Shown piece by piece: positions 1 to 10,554 of a stretch of 64,000 nucleotides of DNA. The stretch is from Candidatus Levybacteria bacterium RIFCSPHIGHO2_01_FULL_41_15 (GTDB lineage: Bacteria > Patescibacteriota > Microgenomatia > Levybacterales > UBA12049), in the NCBI GenBank assembly GCA_001782165.1, contig MFNV01000007.1, positions 15,449 to 79,448 on the forward strand, in the 5' to 3' direction. The stretch's first letter is position 1. Every line of letters starts with the position of its first letter. Under the pieces are notes generated by a model. It saw nothing but the letters and a program-made list of their open reading frames with translations, had not been told where the DNA came from and did not search any database. The position numbers and the translations under genes are program-made.

Positions 1-735
1 GAAGGAATATTTAACAAACCTCTTACCCCATGCATCGCCTTCTTTATCTTTGCTGCCAAGTTTTATTTCTTCTGAGGCATACTCCCAAAGTTTTTCCGTT
101 GTCGAGTACATAGTGTGTTCTGTGGCCACGGAGTGTCCAAGTCTGTCATAGTCTCTCCAGAAAACCGGGAATCCTATTGAAAACTGGTTTAAGTCGTTAT
201 AACCCGTCCATTCGTAATCTGCCAACTGGGAGAGGGCATCCGCGGGACCCGGCTGATTTGCGCCTCCCACATGAGCGTAAAGAGGATAATCTCCATATTC
301 AGATAAGAAATCTATAAAATAGGTTCTTGCAGATCTAACCGGTCCTATCACTCCTGCATCCTGACAGTAGTAAACTGCAAGAAATCTTGTAATTCCTCCT
401 TCAGCAACTGCTTCATAAATAACGTCTGCAAAGGAAAGCCCTGATTGAGGCCTTGCTTCCTCATGATTTTCTATCATAACTCCCAAAGGCCTATGGTCCT
501 CCCACCATTTTTTTTGTTGTTTTGAATAAAGCGCTCCAGTCAGAGGGCACTCTTGGGTTTTTGGAGCATTAGGATCAAATTCCAGTCTTCCTGTTGCTCC
601 TTTTGAGGGAAGACCTACGGGAGTGGTAATTTCTGAAGTTTTTGAAACTTTAGAAAAAGCAAAAAAGGATATTCCAGCTGTTGCCAGATATACTACAAAA
701 ACCAAAATTATAGTTAAAATTTTTTTATTGTCCAT
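1..735 (-). CDS. DUF3048-domain secreted/lipoprotein-like protein (3' end of the gene runs off the window)
   Basis: Minus-strand frame starts at ATG 733-735 (MDNKKILTIILVFVV..., signal-anchor helix) and continues to the window edge. Translation shows typical DUF3048/YerB-like segments (ECPLTGALYS, RPLGVMIENHEEARPQSGL). No stop before position 1. Confidence 0.55.
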   Translation of the reverse strand, partial: MDNKKILTIILVFVVYLATAGISFFAFSKVSKTSEITTPVGLPSKGATGRLEFDPNAPKTQECPLTGALYSKQQKKWWEDHRPLGVMIENHEEARPQSGLSFADVIYEAVAEGGITRFLAVYYCQDAGVIGPVRSARTYFIDFLSEYGDYPLYAHVGGANQPGPADALSQLADYEWTGYNDLNQFSIGFPVFWRDYDRLGHSVATEHTMYSTTEKLWEYASEEIKLGSKDKEGDAWGKRFVKYSF

Positions 736-1198
736 GTGAGGCTTTTTTGGGAAGTTTTAATACTTTTTTTTCTTCATCTGACAGTTCGTACTCGACTCCT
801 TTGCCGTTTTCAACTCTCTTGGCATACCATCTTGTACCTGATCTTGAATAAAGAGCTGAAATTATTATCCCGTTATCATCTGAATCCAAAAATGAAAGTA
901 CAAAACTCTGATCCCCGCCCGTATCCTTAAAGGGATTAAACCGATGAAGACCGATCTTTTGTATATGGGATAGTCCCTCTTTTTGTAAATTATTTGAATA
1001 ATCTTTAAGCGACTCGATATCCTTTTTATGTTCATCGATTCTTGAAAGAAGTTCTTCGAGAATTGATCTAAGATTTTTGTCGCTGGTACCTTTTGTTATC
1101 TTATTGTAGTGAGCATACATCTGCCAAAAAAAGAAGGTAAGTATTAAAAGCCATACGAAAAAAATAACAGATACGGGGAGTATCAAATTGGGTAACAT
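725..1198 (-). CDS. DUF4446-family membrane-anchored protein
   Basis: 157-aa ORF with an N-terminal TM helix, a coiled region, then a conserved C-terminal GDQSFVLSFLDSDDNGIIISALYSRSGTRWYAK region typical of DUF4446 proteins common in small-genome bacteria. Confidence 0.5.
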   Translation of the reverse strand: MLPNLILPVSVIFFVWLLILTFFFWQMYAHYNKITKGTSDKNLRSILEELLSRIDEHKKDIESLKDYSNNLQKEGLSHIQKIGLHRFNPFKDTGGDQSFVLSFLDSDDNGIIISALYSRSGTRWYAKRVENGKGVEYELSDEEKKVLKLPKKASHGQ

Positions 1199-1221
1199 AT
1201 ATATCCATCTATATTAGCCTC

Positions 1222-1257
1222 TTGACAGGCACGATGTCAATAGTGTAATCTAGGCTC
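1222..1257 (+). promoter_or_regulatory. candidate sigma70-like promoter for the 1265 gene (TTGACA at 1222-1227, TG-n-TAATCT-like -10 about 18 nt downstream)
   Basis: Read directly from sequence. The spacing is approximate and there is no experimental support. Confidence 0.25.
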
Positions 1258-1264
1258 TATCGCG

Positions 1265-1639
1265 ATGAGCAAGCACAAAAGAAAAACAAAAAGACAAAAA
1301 ATTCTTTCGGATCTTCATCGCAAGATTTATTCTTTAAGAGATAAGCCACTTGTTTCTGTTGAAAAATCTGTTGAAAAAATCCAAGAAGAAAAACAACCAA
1401 AAATACAAACTGCAGTTGTAGAAACCCTGCCCGTCCGGCCCGCTCCGCCGCAAGGCGAGCAGGTGAGCGGCAGACAAGTCATATCTGCCATCAATCAAAA
1501 TACCTTAAGAAATTACCCCTTCCTAATTGCGGATATTTCAAAAACGGCAATGGTTACCGGAGCAATTCTTGCTATCCAAATCTTATTATTTTTATTACTG
1601 AAGAGCCATATACTGTCAATACCCGGTATTGGCTACTAG
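1265..1639 (+). CDS. hypothetical basic protein with C-terminal TM helix
   Basis: 124-aa ORF with a Lys/Arg-rich N-terminus and a C-terminal hydrophobic helix. It contains an unusual GC-rich patch (1428-1480) that encodes a Pro-rich segment. No recognisable domain. Confidence 0.4.
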   Translation: MSKHKRKTKRQKILSDLHRKIYSLRDKPLVSVEKSVEKIQEEKQPKIQTAVVETLPVRPAPPQGEQVSGRQVISAINQNTLRNYPFLIADISKTAMVTGAILAIQILLFLLLKSHILSIPGIGY

Positions 1640-1659
1640 AAAGGGGGTGATTTTTAAAC

Positions 1660-1800
1660 ATGGCATCAATGTACTGTGTAAAATGCAGAGCCAAAAGAGA
1701 TGATCCGAATGCTCAAAAGGTTACTATGAAAAACGGCAAACCAGCTCTTAAGGGCAAATGCCCAGTCTGTGGTACAGGAATGTACAGGATTGGAGGCTAA
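1660..1800 (+). CDS. small zinc-ribbon protein (CxxC...CxxC, DUF5679-like)
   Basis: ATG at 1660 preceded by the strong RBS AAGGGGGTGA (1641-1650). It encodes 46 aa, MASMYCVKCRAKRDDPNAQKVTMKNGKPALKGKCPVCGTGMYRIGG, with two CxxC pairs. Too short for the ORF track. Confidence 0.55.
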   Translation: MASMYCVKCRAKRDDPNAQKVTMKNGKPALKGKCPVCGTGMYRIGG

Positions 1801-1847
1801 TTTTCTTGAAGGTCCTTCGAAGGAAAAACTTATGCCTTCAAGAACAA

Positions 1848-1893
1848 AACGAAAAACCCCTTTTTGAACTTATCTTCTTCTAGGGGTTTTTCT
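1848..1893. terminator. bidirectional intrinsic terminator hairpin (AAAAACCCC...GGGGTTTTT) between convergent genes
   Basis: Inverted repeat aaaaacccc / ggggttttt flanked by A/T runs on both strands. It lies between the plus-strand zinc-ribbon gene and the minus-strand GNAT gene. Confidence 0.55.
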
Positions 1894-1931
1894 ATTTCTG
1901 ACAAATTTCTGAAGTCAATTAAAAACCTAAT

Positions 1932-2351
1932 TTAGAATTCTTTATACATCCAGCGGTAAAGATTGCCCTCTTTATAACCTCTTTTTGCATAGTATTCTTG
2001 AAGCTCTGATTCATTTTCCCCAATTAATATATGCACTTCCTTGTATCCTTTATCTTTTAATTTATTTTCTGCTTCTTCCAAAAGTTTTGTTCCTATACCC
2101 TTCTCTCTAAATGACTGACCAACTGCTAAGCGGAATAATAACGGTCCCCAACCATCTTCCATGATTAAAACATTGCCAACTACTTGACCATCTAGAACTG
2201 CAACCAAAATGGAATCGGGGTTCCTTTGAATTTTCTCTGTAAGTCTTTCTTCTGCGTCCATGTTTTCATCGTAAATCCCTCCTTCAGTAAGATTTTTCTT
2301 AACTGAGGGATAATCAGATGGAACATATGATCTTATTTCGATATTAAGCAT
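1932..2351 (-). CDS. GNAT family N-acetyltransferase
   Basis: CoA-binding motif region (LAVGQSFREKGIGTKLLEEAE) and GNAT-fold length. The internal Met (MLNIEIRSY) is the likely start, since the longer ORF to 2423 would overlap the upstream gene. Confidence 0.7.
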   Translation of the reverse strand: MLNIEIRSYVPSDYPSVKKNLTEGGIYDENMDAEERLTEKIQRNPDSILVAVLDGQVVGNVLIMEDGWGPLLFRLAVGQSFREKGIGTKLLEEAENKLKDKGYKEVHILIGENESELQEYYAKRGYKEGNLYRWMYKEF

Positions 2352-2379
2352 AAGTACGCCGCAATTATACCATAATTTA

Positions 2380-3984
2380 CTACTGACCTTTATAACGGAC
2401 GAGTTTATAAACCTTGACCACACTCACGGTCCATTCCCCTACGATTTCTGCTCTGCCGAATCCTGCGACTTCCCAAAGGGGATGTCCTAAGGGACTGCAG
2501 GGATTAATTTCGCATACTATCAAAAGCTGATCTGTAACGCTTTCTCTCTGAGGGTCAACTTGGGAATTTTGAATTATCACTGGAAATTTATTTTCAAGTG
2601 TAAAGAAGTATCTGTAAGCATGGTCTGAATTACCACCTGTTATGAGGGCAAAATTAAAGGGTTTATCATCTGTTTTTTCCAAAACAAACTCTGAAATCTT
2701 CTTCACCTGCGCAAGCTGTCTATTTGGTTCATGTCTAAAAGGAACTCCAGTCAAGTTTATATAAACAACAGCTATAAGACCTGCTATTCCGGCAATTTTA
2801 AAAATGTTCTTTTTATTAAAAATGAAAAAATCAAAAGCAACTGCCGAAAGGATAAAAGGTAAAGGAAACATAAATCCCAAATAATAATCGTATATGGGCT
2901 TTTTATAAAAACCAAAAAGACCTATCCCCACAACCAGCCAGATAATCAAAAGCAAGAGTTGGTAAAACCTTAAGCTCTCTTTAATTTTTCCCAAACTTTT
3001 ATAAACCTGGACAAACTTGTACAAAAGTATCAAAACAGACACGATGGCCAAGAAAAGTGTTAAATAGTACCAAACTGCCATATCAAGATGCGCTCTTACG
3101 GCAACCTGTTCAGGGGGCGGAAAATTTGTAACAAGCCTTCCAAAAAGTCTGAAAAATACATTTGAAATATTGTCAAGAAACTTTCCTCCAAAACCCGTAT
3201 CGCCTGCATTTAAAATAAAATTTAAAATGCTCCTTGTGTTGGGGAATCCGTGTCTTCCCTCAAATGCAAGAAAAGGAAAAACTCCAAGCAGAAAACCTGC
3301 AAAAATAGATAAATTTTCTTTCACAAGGTTCCATATCGAATTTTTAAAACTAACCAGCCTTGCTCTTATTAAATTTATTACCAAAAGATAAGAGAAAATT
3401 ACCGCACCCAAAAAAAGCGCAAGATAATGAAGCTGTATTGAAATTCCCAAAAGTATTCCTGTCAAAACAAAAAGTTTTGAACTGTTGTTTTTGACGGCTT
3501 TATATAAGAAGTACACAGACAAAATAGAGAAAAAAGGGAAAATATTGGGATTCCAGGAAGATCTTGAATAAGCAATAATCAGAGGAGGAATAGCATAGAT
3601 AAAGGAGGCAATAATGGCAACTCTTTTATTAAAAAATTCTTCGGAAAATTTGTAAGTAAGATAAACAGTTGCTATTCCAAAAAGGGCAACCATTATGGCA
3701 GGTCCTACGGGATTGTAGTTGAAAAGCCATAGGAATGGAGCCATGAAATAGTAATATATTGGTCCCAAGAAAAATCCGCCGACAGAGGCAGTGGGTCCAA
3801 GAAGAGTTAATTTCCCGTGAAGAATATTATATACAACCAAAACATCTCTTCCTTCATCTCCAAGAAATGTCATATAATCCTGTATTCTATAAAGTCTTAA
3901 GAAAGCGGCAAAAATCAGGATTAAAAAAATCCAAAAGTTCCCATTTTCTATTTGGGATTTGAAATTTGGAATTTGAAATTTCAT
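2380..3984 (-). CDS. GT-C fold glycosyltransferase, ArnT/PMT-like (family 39/83), polytopic membrane protein
   Basis: 534 aa with at least 10 predicted TM helices. The N-terminal region (RLYRIQDYMTFLGDEGRDV...) resembles undecaprenyl-phosphate-sugar-dependent GT-C transferases. The N-terminus is encoded by a GAAATTT heptamer repeat. Confidence 0.65.
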   Translation of the reverse strand: MKFQIPNFKSQIENGNFWIFLILIFAAFLRLYRIQDYMTFLGDEGRDVLVVYNILHGKLTLLGPTASVGGFFLGPIYYYFMAPFLWLFNYNPVGPAIMVALFGIATVYLTYKFSEEFFNKRVAIIASFIYAIPPLIIAYSRSSWNPNIFPFFSILSVYFLYKAVKNNSSKLFVLTGILLGISIQLHYLALFLGAVIFSYLLVINLIRARLVSFKNSIWNLVKENLSIFAGFLLGVFPFLAFEGRHGFPNTRSILNFILNAGDTGFGGKFLDNISNVFFRLFGRLVTNFPPPEQVAVRAHLDMAVWYYLTLFLAIVSVLILLYKFVQVYKSLGKIKESLRFYQLLLLIIWLVVGIGLFGFYKKPIYDYYLGFMFPLPFILSAVAFDFFIFNKKNIFKIAGIAGLIAVVYINLTGVPFRHEPNRQLAQVKKISEFVLEKTDDKPFNFALITGGNSDHAYRYFFTLENKFPVIIQNSQVDPQRESVTDQLLIVCEINPCSPLGHPLWEVAGFGRAEIVGEWTVSVVKVYKLVRYKGQ

Positions 3985-5141
3985 TTATGGGGTTTTTTTC
4001 GCCAGATGATTTTATTATAGATTGTAAAATTCCAGATTAAAAGAAACCCTGTTCCGACTACAAAATAAATGTAATAATATTTAATTGGAAGAAAAAAAAG
4101 GAATTGTCCTTCTCCAATAAGTCGATCTCCTAAAAAAATTGTTCCCGTCTGAATAAATATTACCCCAAAAGCAGAAGTTGCATAAAACTGTGCCATTTTA
4201 AGCAAGTAGCTTCCAATATCTTTTGCTTTCCTTTCTTCGAAAGTCCAAATATTATTAAGATTGTAATTTGAAAAGATAGCAAGAGCTGCGCCGACTAAAT
4301 TTGCCCAAGAATGATCCCAGTGAAATGAATCGGATAGCACTTTTAATACAATAAAATTGATAAAAAATCCTATTCCACCTACAACCAAAAATTTACCAAA
4401 TTTTCCAAGAAGTATTTCTCGTATTCGAGTAGAAATTACAAATTTAAATACCTCCATAATGTACCCCAGAGGCGCAATTTTCGATTTTCCAAGATTTCTA
4501 TCTGAGAAATGAAAAGGAACCTCCCCGATTTTAAATCCGTCTCGTATTGCTTTATGCAAAAAAGATATCTGGAAAATATATCCTTTATAATTTGTCAACT
4601 CCTCCCTTTCTTTCAAAAATACTTCTTTCTTAAGCGCTCTGTATCCGCCTGTCCAGTCATGAACTGAAAACTTCATAAATATAGCTCTCACAAAAAGATT
4701 TGCAACTATTGAAAAGATCTTTCTGGGCAGTGGCCAGTTTTGGGGGATTGACCCTCCGTCACTATATCTGTTCCCAATCACCATATCGCACCCCTCATCT
4801 ATTTTTTTAAGAAACTCTGGAATTTTGTTAGGATCGTGCTGAAGATCAGCGTCCATTTCAAAAACTACATCTGCTCCCATCTCTTCAATTGCATATGTCA
4901 TACCTCTTATGTAGGCTGCCCCAAGTCCATGTTTTTCTCCCTGTGATATGTCAATATTTTTCCATTTCTGCATAAGTTTTTTCACTTCATCTGCCGTACC
5001 ATCAGGAGAATTATCATCTGCCACCAAAATATTCATATCGTGGTTTTTTATCTGGGGAAAAATTTCGCTTTCAAGAACCGGGATAAGGCGGTCGATGTTT
5101 CCTTTTTCGTTATAGGTGGGATTTACGATAACAACCTTCAT
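3981..5141 (-). CDS. GT2 polyprenyl-phosphate glycosyltransferase with C-terminal GtrA-like membrane domain (ArnC/DPM1-like)
   Basis: N-terminal GT-A motifs (VVIVNPTYNE...ADDNSPDGT...EMDADLQHDP). The C-terminal 120 aa form 4 TM helices of GtrA type. The 4-nt overlap with the upstream GT-C gene suggests a coupled Und-P-sugar synthesis/transfer pair. Confidence 0.75.
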   Translation of the reverse strand: MKVVIVNPTYNEKGNIDRLIPVLESEIFPQIKNHDMNILVADDNSPDGTADEVKKLMQKWKNIDISQGEKHGLGAAYIRGMTYAIEEMGADVVFEMDADLQHDPNKIPEFLKKIDEGCDMVIGNRYSDGGSIPQNWPLPRKIFSIVANLFVRAIFMKFSVHDWTGGYRALKKEVFLKEREELTNYKGYIFQISFLHKAIRDGFKIGEVPFHFSDRNLGKSKIAPLGYIMEVFKFVISTRIREILLGKFGKFLVVGGIGFFINFIVLKVLSDSFHWDHSWANLVGAALAIFSNYNLNNIWTFEERKAKDIGSYLLKMAQFYATSAFGVIFIQTGTIFLGDRLIGEGQFLFFLPIKYYYIYFVVGTGFLLIWNFTIYNKIIWRKKPHK

Positions 5142-7066
<1,925 letters not shown>

Positions 7067-7079
7067 TTATCTTTAAATT

Positions 7080-8036
7080 TTAAATAATATTTCTCCAATA
7101 GTCCAGAGTATCCTCGAGTGTTTTTTCTATTGGGATTGTTGGTCTGAAACCTGTAAGGTTACTGAATTTTGTTCGATCGCAGACAAGTTCAGGATTATCA
7201 ACTGGACGCATTAGGGACTCATCTTTTCTAATCTTAATTTCTACTCTTGATAATGTCAACAATCTGTCTAAAATTTCGGAAATCGCGTAAGAAACGCCGG
7301 AACCTATATTATAGACTTCTCCCTCTTTCCCTTTCTCAAGTGCCAAGAGATATGCTCTTACCATGTCTCTTACGTCTGTAAAATCTCGCCTGCTTGATAG
7401 ATTTCCAACCGGAAGAACAGGTTCCTTTATTCCTTTCTCAACTTCTGCTATCTTTTTTGCGAATGCCCCTACAGCAAAATGCTCTGACTGCCTGGGTCCA
7501 ATATGATTAAATGGCCTTACTCTTACTATTCTCAGTTTATAAGAAAGGTGATATTGAAGCCCTAGAAAGTCTTGTGTAATTTTTGACACAGCGTATGGAT
7601 TAAGTGGCATAAGCGGAGTACTCTCATCAATGGGTAAATCCTCCCTCTTTACTATTCCATAGACTTCCCCGGATGATATTACTAAAATTCTTGTCTTAAG
7701 AAGATTAAGCTTCCTTACAGATTCAAGTATATTCAACTGCGCCTTAACATTATTCTCTATTGTTTCAAAAGGAGAATCGAAGCTGTTTTTAGGAGCTGTT
7801 AAGGCAGCAAGATGAAATACGTAGTCTGGTTTTATTTGTGAAACCAAATCTAGAACTTTTTTCCCTTTCAGTAAATCTAGCCTAAAAAGCTGAATGTCAT
7901 TTTTTATCTTATCTAAATTAACAAGGCTTTTTTCATCAACATATATGCCCGAGACCCTAATTTTTTTTTCTAAAAGGTGCTCTGTAAGAAAACTTCCTGC
8001 AAATCCTGAAATTCCGGTTATTAATGCCTTTTTCAT
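7080..8036 (-). CDS. GDP-4-dehydro-6-deoxy-D-mannose reductase-like SDR (Rmd-like)
   Basis: NAD-dependent epimerase/dehydratase fold (ALITGISGFAGS, YAVSK). Its position immediately after gmd suggests a GDP-deoxyhexose reductase. The internal Met (MKKALITG) is taken as the start. Confidence 0.55.
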   Translation of the reverse strand: MKKALITGISGFAGSFLTEHLLEKKIRVSGIYVDEKSLVNLDKIKNDIQLFRLDLLKGKKVLDLVSQIKPDYVFHLAALTAPKNSFDSPFETIENNVKAQLNILESVRKLNLLKTRILVISSGEVYGIVKREDLPIDESTPLMPLNPYAVSKITQDFLGLQYHLSYKLRIVRVRPFNHIGPRQSEHFAVGAFAKKIAEVEKGIKEPVLPVGNLSSRRDFTDVRDMVRAYLLALEKGKEGEVYNIGSGVSYAISEILDRLLTLSRVEIKIRKDESLMRPVDNPELVCDRTKFSNLTGFRPTIPIEKTLEDTLDYWRNII

Positions 8037-8141
8037 GCTCCTTGCCTCTCTTTTGTATCTTTTTTTATTTTCCAAAACGTTCTACTCATAGAAATAAAAG
8101 CTTCGGAGGCATGATCCATCCGAAGTTTTAACAAAGGAGGA

Positions 8142-9431
8142 TCATCTGCCCACCCCAACATAGTTAAAGCCTAACTCTTTTGCTTTCTGAGCATCATAAA
8201 TATTTCGTCCGTCGATAATTGCAGGATTTCTCATTATTTTCTTAATTTTATTAAGATCAAGCTGTTTAAATTCATTCCATTCTGTAACAATTATTAAAAG
8301 GTCGGAATCTTTACAAGCTTCATAAGGATCTTTGCAAAAAACTATATCTTTAATTATTTTTTTTGCATTAGTGATAGCAACAGGGTCGTAAATTTTTATT
8401 TTGGCTCCCTCTCTTTTTAGAGAGGCTATTATGGGGATCGACGGGGCGTCTCTCATATCGTCTGTGTTTGGCTTAAAGGATAGTCCCAAGACTGTAATTG
8501 TTTTTCCAAAAAGATCCGGGAGAACTTTCTTTGCTTTTTTAGATATTCTTTTTATTGCTTCCTCATTTACTTTATGGACTTGCCTAAGAAGACCAAAATC
8601 ATATCCATTTTTTTGCGAGATATTCAAAAGAGCTTTTATGTCTTTGGGCAGACAGCTTCCTCCATATCCTGCTCCCGGTGAAAGAAAAGAAGCCCCGATC
8701 CTTTTATCATATCCTATTCCCTCAAGAACCTTAAGTCCGTCAGCTCCTGTTACTTCGCTTAAATGCGCTATTGCATTCGCAAATGATATTTTTGTGGCAA
8801 GAAAGGCATTTGCTGCATACTTTATCATTTCTGCGGTTTCGATATTCGTTAAAACCATATTTCCATCAATGGGTTTGTGAAGTTCAAGAAGGAGTTTTTC
8901 GGATTTTTTTGATTCTGTTCCGATGACTATTCTGTCGGGATTTAAAGTATCTGATATTGCCTGGCCTTCTCTTAGAAACTCAGGAACCGAAGCAACATCA
9001 ACCTCTGCTTTTGGGTTTTTTTTCTCTTCGATTATCTCCTTTATTTTTTTATTTGTCCCTACAGGAACTGTGCTTTTCGTAGCAACTACTGTATAACCAG
9101 TCGAGTGCTGTGCTATTTTTTCCGAAACCTCAAAAACTGAAGAAAGATCTGCCTCACCATTCTCTCTGGAAGGAGTTCCAACAGCTATAAAAACTATTGA
9201 AGAGGAAGAAATTGCCTTATCGTATTCAAGCGTAAAAAGAAGCCTTTTTGCTCTGACATTTCTTTTAACGATTTCCTCAAGACCCGGTTCGTAAATCGGA
9301 ATAATCCCTTTTTTAAGATTCTCAATTTTTTCCTTGGTGTGACCTATCACCCAAACTGTATTTCCTAAATCTGCAAAAACAGAAGCTGTAACCAAACCTA
9401 CATATCCATGTCCGATAAACGTTATTGTCAT
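8142..9431 (-). CDS. ugd: UDP-glucose 6-dehydrogenase
   Basis: GHGYVGL N-terminal NAD motif, catalytic GGSCLPKD motif, 429 aa. Confidence 0.8.
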   Translation of the reverse strand: MTITFIGHGYVGLVTASVFADLGNTVWVIGHTKEKIENLKKGIIPIYEPGLEEIVKRNVRAKRLLFTLEYDKAISSSSIVFIAVGTPSRENGEADLSSVFEVSEKIAQHSTGYTVVATKSTVPVGTNKKIKEIIEEKKNPKAEVDVASVPEFLREGQAISDTLNPDRIVIGTESKKSEKLLLELHKPIDGNMVLTNIETAEMIKYAANAFLATKISFANAIAHLSEVTGADGLKVLEGIGYDKRIGASFLSPGAGYGGSCLPKDIKALLNISQKNGYDFGLLRQVHKVNEEAIKRISKKAKKVLPDLFGKTITVLGLSFKPNTDDMRDAPSIPIIASLKREGAKIKIYDPVAITNAKKIIKDIVFCKDPYEACKDSDLLIIVTEWNEFKQLDLNKIKKIMRNPAIIDGRNIYDAQKAKELGFNYVGVGR

Positions 9432-9439
9432 AAATTTCT

Positions 9440-9512
9440 AAGTGCTCTAATTTCTAATTAACCTGAATAATTTTCTAAATTTCGAAATTATTTAGAAATT
9501 AGGTTAATTAGT
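9440..9512. repeat. nested AT-rich palindrome (CTAATTAACCT...AGGTTAATTAG enclosing TTCTAAAT...ATTTAGAA) in the rfbD-ugd intergenic region
   Basis: Inverted repeats read directly from sequence. The role (terminator or operator) is unknown. Confidence 0.4.
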
Positions 9513-9516
9513 GTAA

Positions 9517-10434
9517 TTAGGTCAATTGTTTTTTTATTTCCCCTAGTCCTTCTTCAAAAGTTTTCATTTTAATTCCCAATTTTTGTATTTTATCATTTTT
9601 AAGTGCTAAGTTGAAAGGCCTTAGGGCTCGGTTTTTAAAAAACTCCTCACGGGTTGTTTGTTGGAGCAAATTTTTATCGAAATCAAAAAAATTGGATATA
9701 ATAACACCCGCCTCAAGAGGACTCACAAATTGACTTCCCACTGCATGAAAAACTCCGGTTAAGTCTGATTCAATAATTTTATCTAAAACAGTTGATAGAT
9801 CATCTACAAAAGTAGGTGTCATTATATGATCGGTTACCAACTTTAATTTTTCTCTATTTTCTAATTTATCTATCAAAACTCTCACGAAATCTCTTCTTGG
9901 GAAATTTGCTCTATATGGATAGGCAATTCTTAAGATCATCCATGGCAAATTAGATTTGGCAACAAGTTTTTCTCCTTCGTATTTAGTCCTGCCATACCAG
10001 TTAACAGGGTTTGGGCTGTCTTTTTCGATATATGGTTTTTCCTTTTTACCATCAAATACAAAATCTGTCGATATATAGATAAGTTTTTTCCCAGATTTAA
10101 TACATGCCTCAACTATATTTTTTGTTCCTAAAACATTTACCGCCCATGCCGTTTTTTTTATTTTAAACTCCTCCTCTTGTTTTCCGATATCTTTATATCC
10201 CAATATCTTTATATCCTCCTTTTTATCTTCCTCACACCCGTTAACATCCGTTTTTGCAGCCAAGTGCAAAACTAAAGAAGCATTTGATGAAGTTACTAAA
10301 GAAAGAGTTTTTTCAGAATCGGTGATATCAACGCCCGTAGTAAGGCTCAAGTCTTCGAATTGATATTTATCTTTTAAAAGCTCTTCGATTCTAGATCCAA
10401 CAAGACCGGACAAGCCAATTCCCAAAATTTTCAT
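9517..10434 (-). CDS. rfbD: dTDP-4-dehydrorhamnose reductase
   Basis: RmlD-type SDR (STDFVFDG, YGRTKYEGE) carrying a ~40-aa insertion. Confidence 0.7.
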   Translation of the reverse strand: MKILGIGLSGLVGSRIEELLKDKYQFEDLSLTTGVDITDSEKTLSLVTSSNASLVLHLAAKTDVNGCEEDKKEDIKILGYKDIGKQEEEFKIKKTAWAVNVLGTKNIVEACIKSGKKLIYISTDFVFDGKKEKPYIEKDSPNPVNWYGRTKYEGEKLVAKSNLPWMILRIAYPYRANFPRRDFVRVLIDKLENREKLKLVTDHIMTPTFVDDLSTVLDKIIESDLTGVFHAVGSQFVSPLEAGVIISNFFDFDKNLLQQTTREEFFKNRALRPFNLALKNDKIQKLGIKMKTFEEGLGEIKKQLT

Positions 10435-10554
10435 GCTCCTACGCTAATTTCCAATCTAATATTATAGTTTTTTTTGTTGCATTTTGCTTTTTATCTCTAA
10501 GACCTCTAGCGTGCTTCGCAAGTATGACCATTCCGAAGTTTTAACGAAGGACGG

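Noticed and set aside
736-930. Track ORFs lying antisense to or overlapping confident genes (for example 736..930+, 3170..3391+, 8401..8880+, 14034..14330+, 15672..15968+, 21650..21997+, 26624..26872-, 35354..35801, 47161..47661-, 58429..58746-, 60618..61094+)
   Set aside because: Each is embedded in the opposite strand or an alternate frame of a gene with clear family motifs. Low complexity, no RBS and no domain signal. Treated as spurious.
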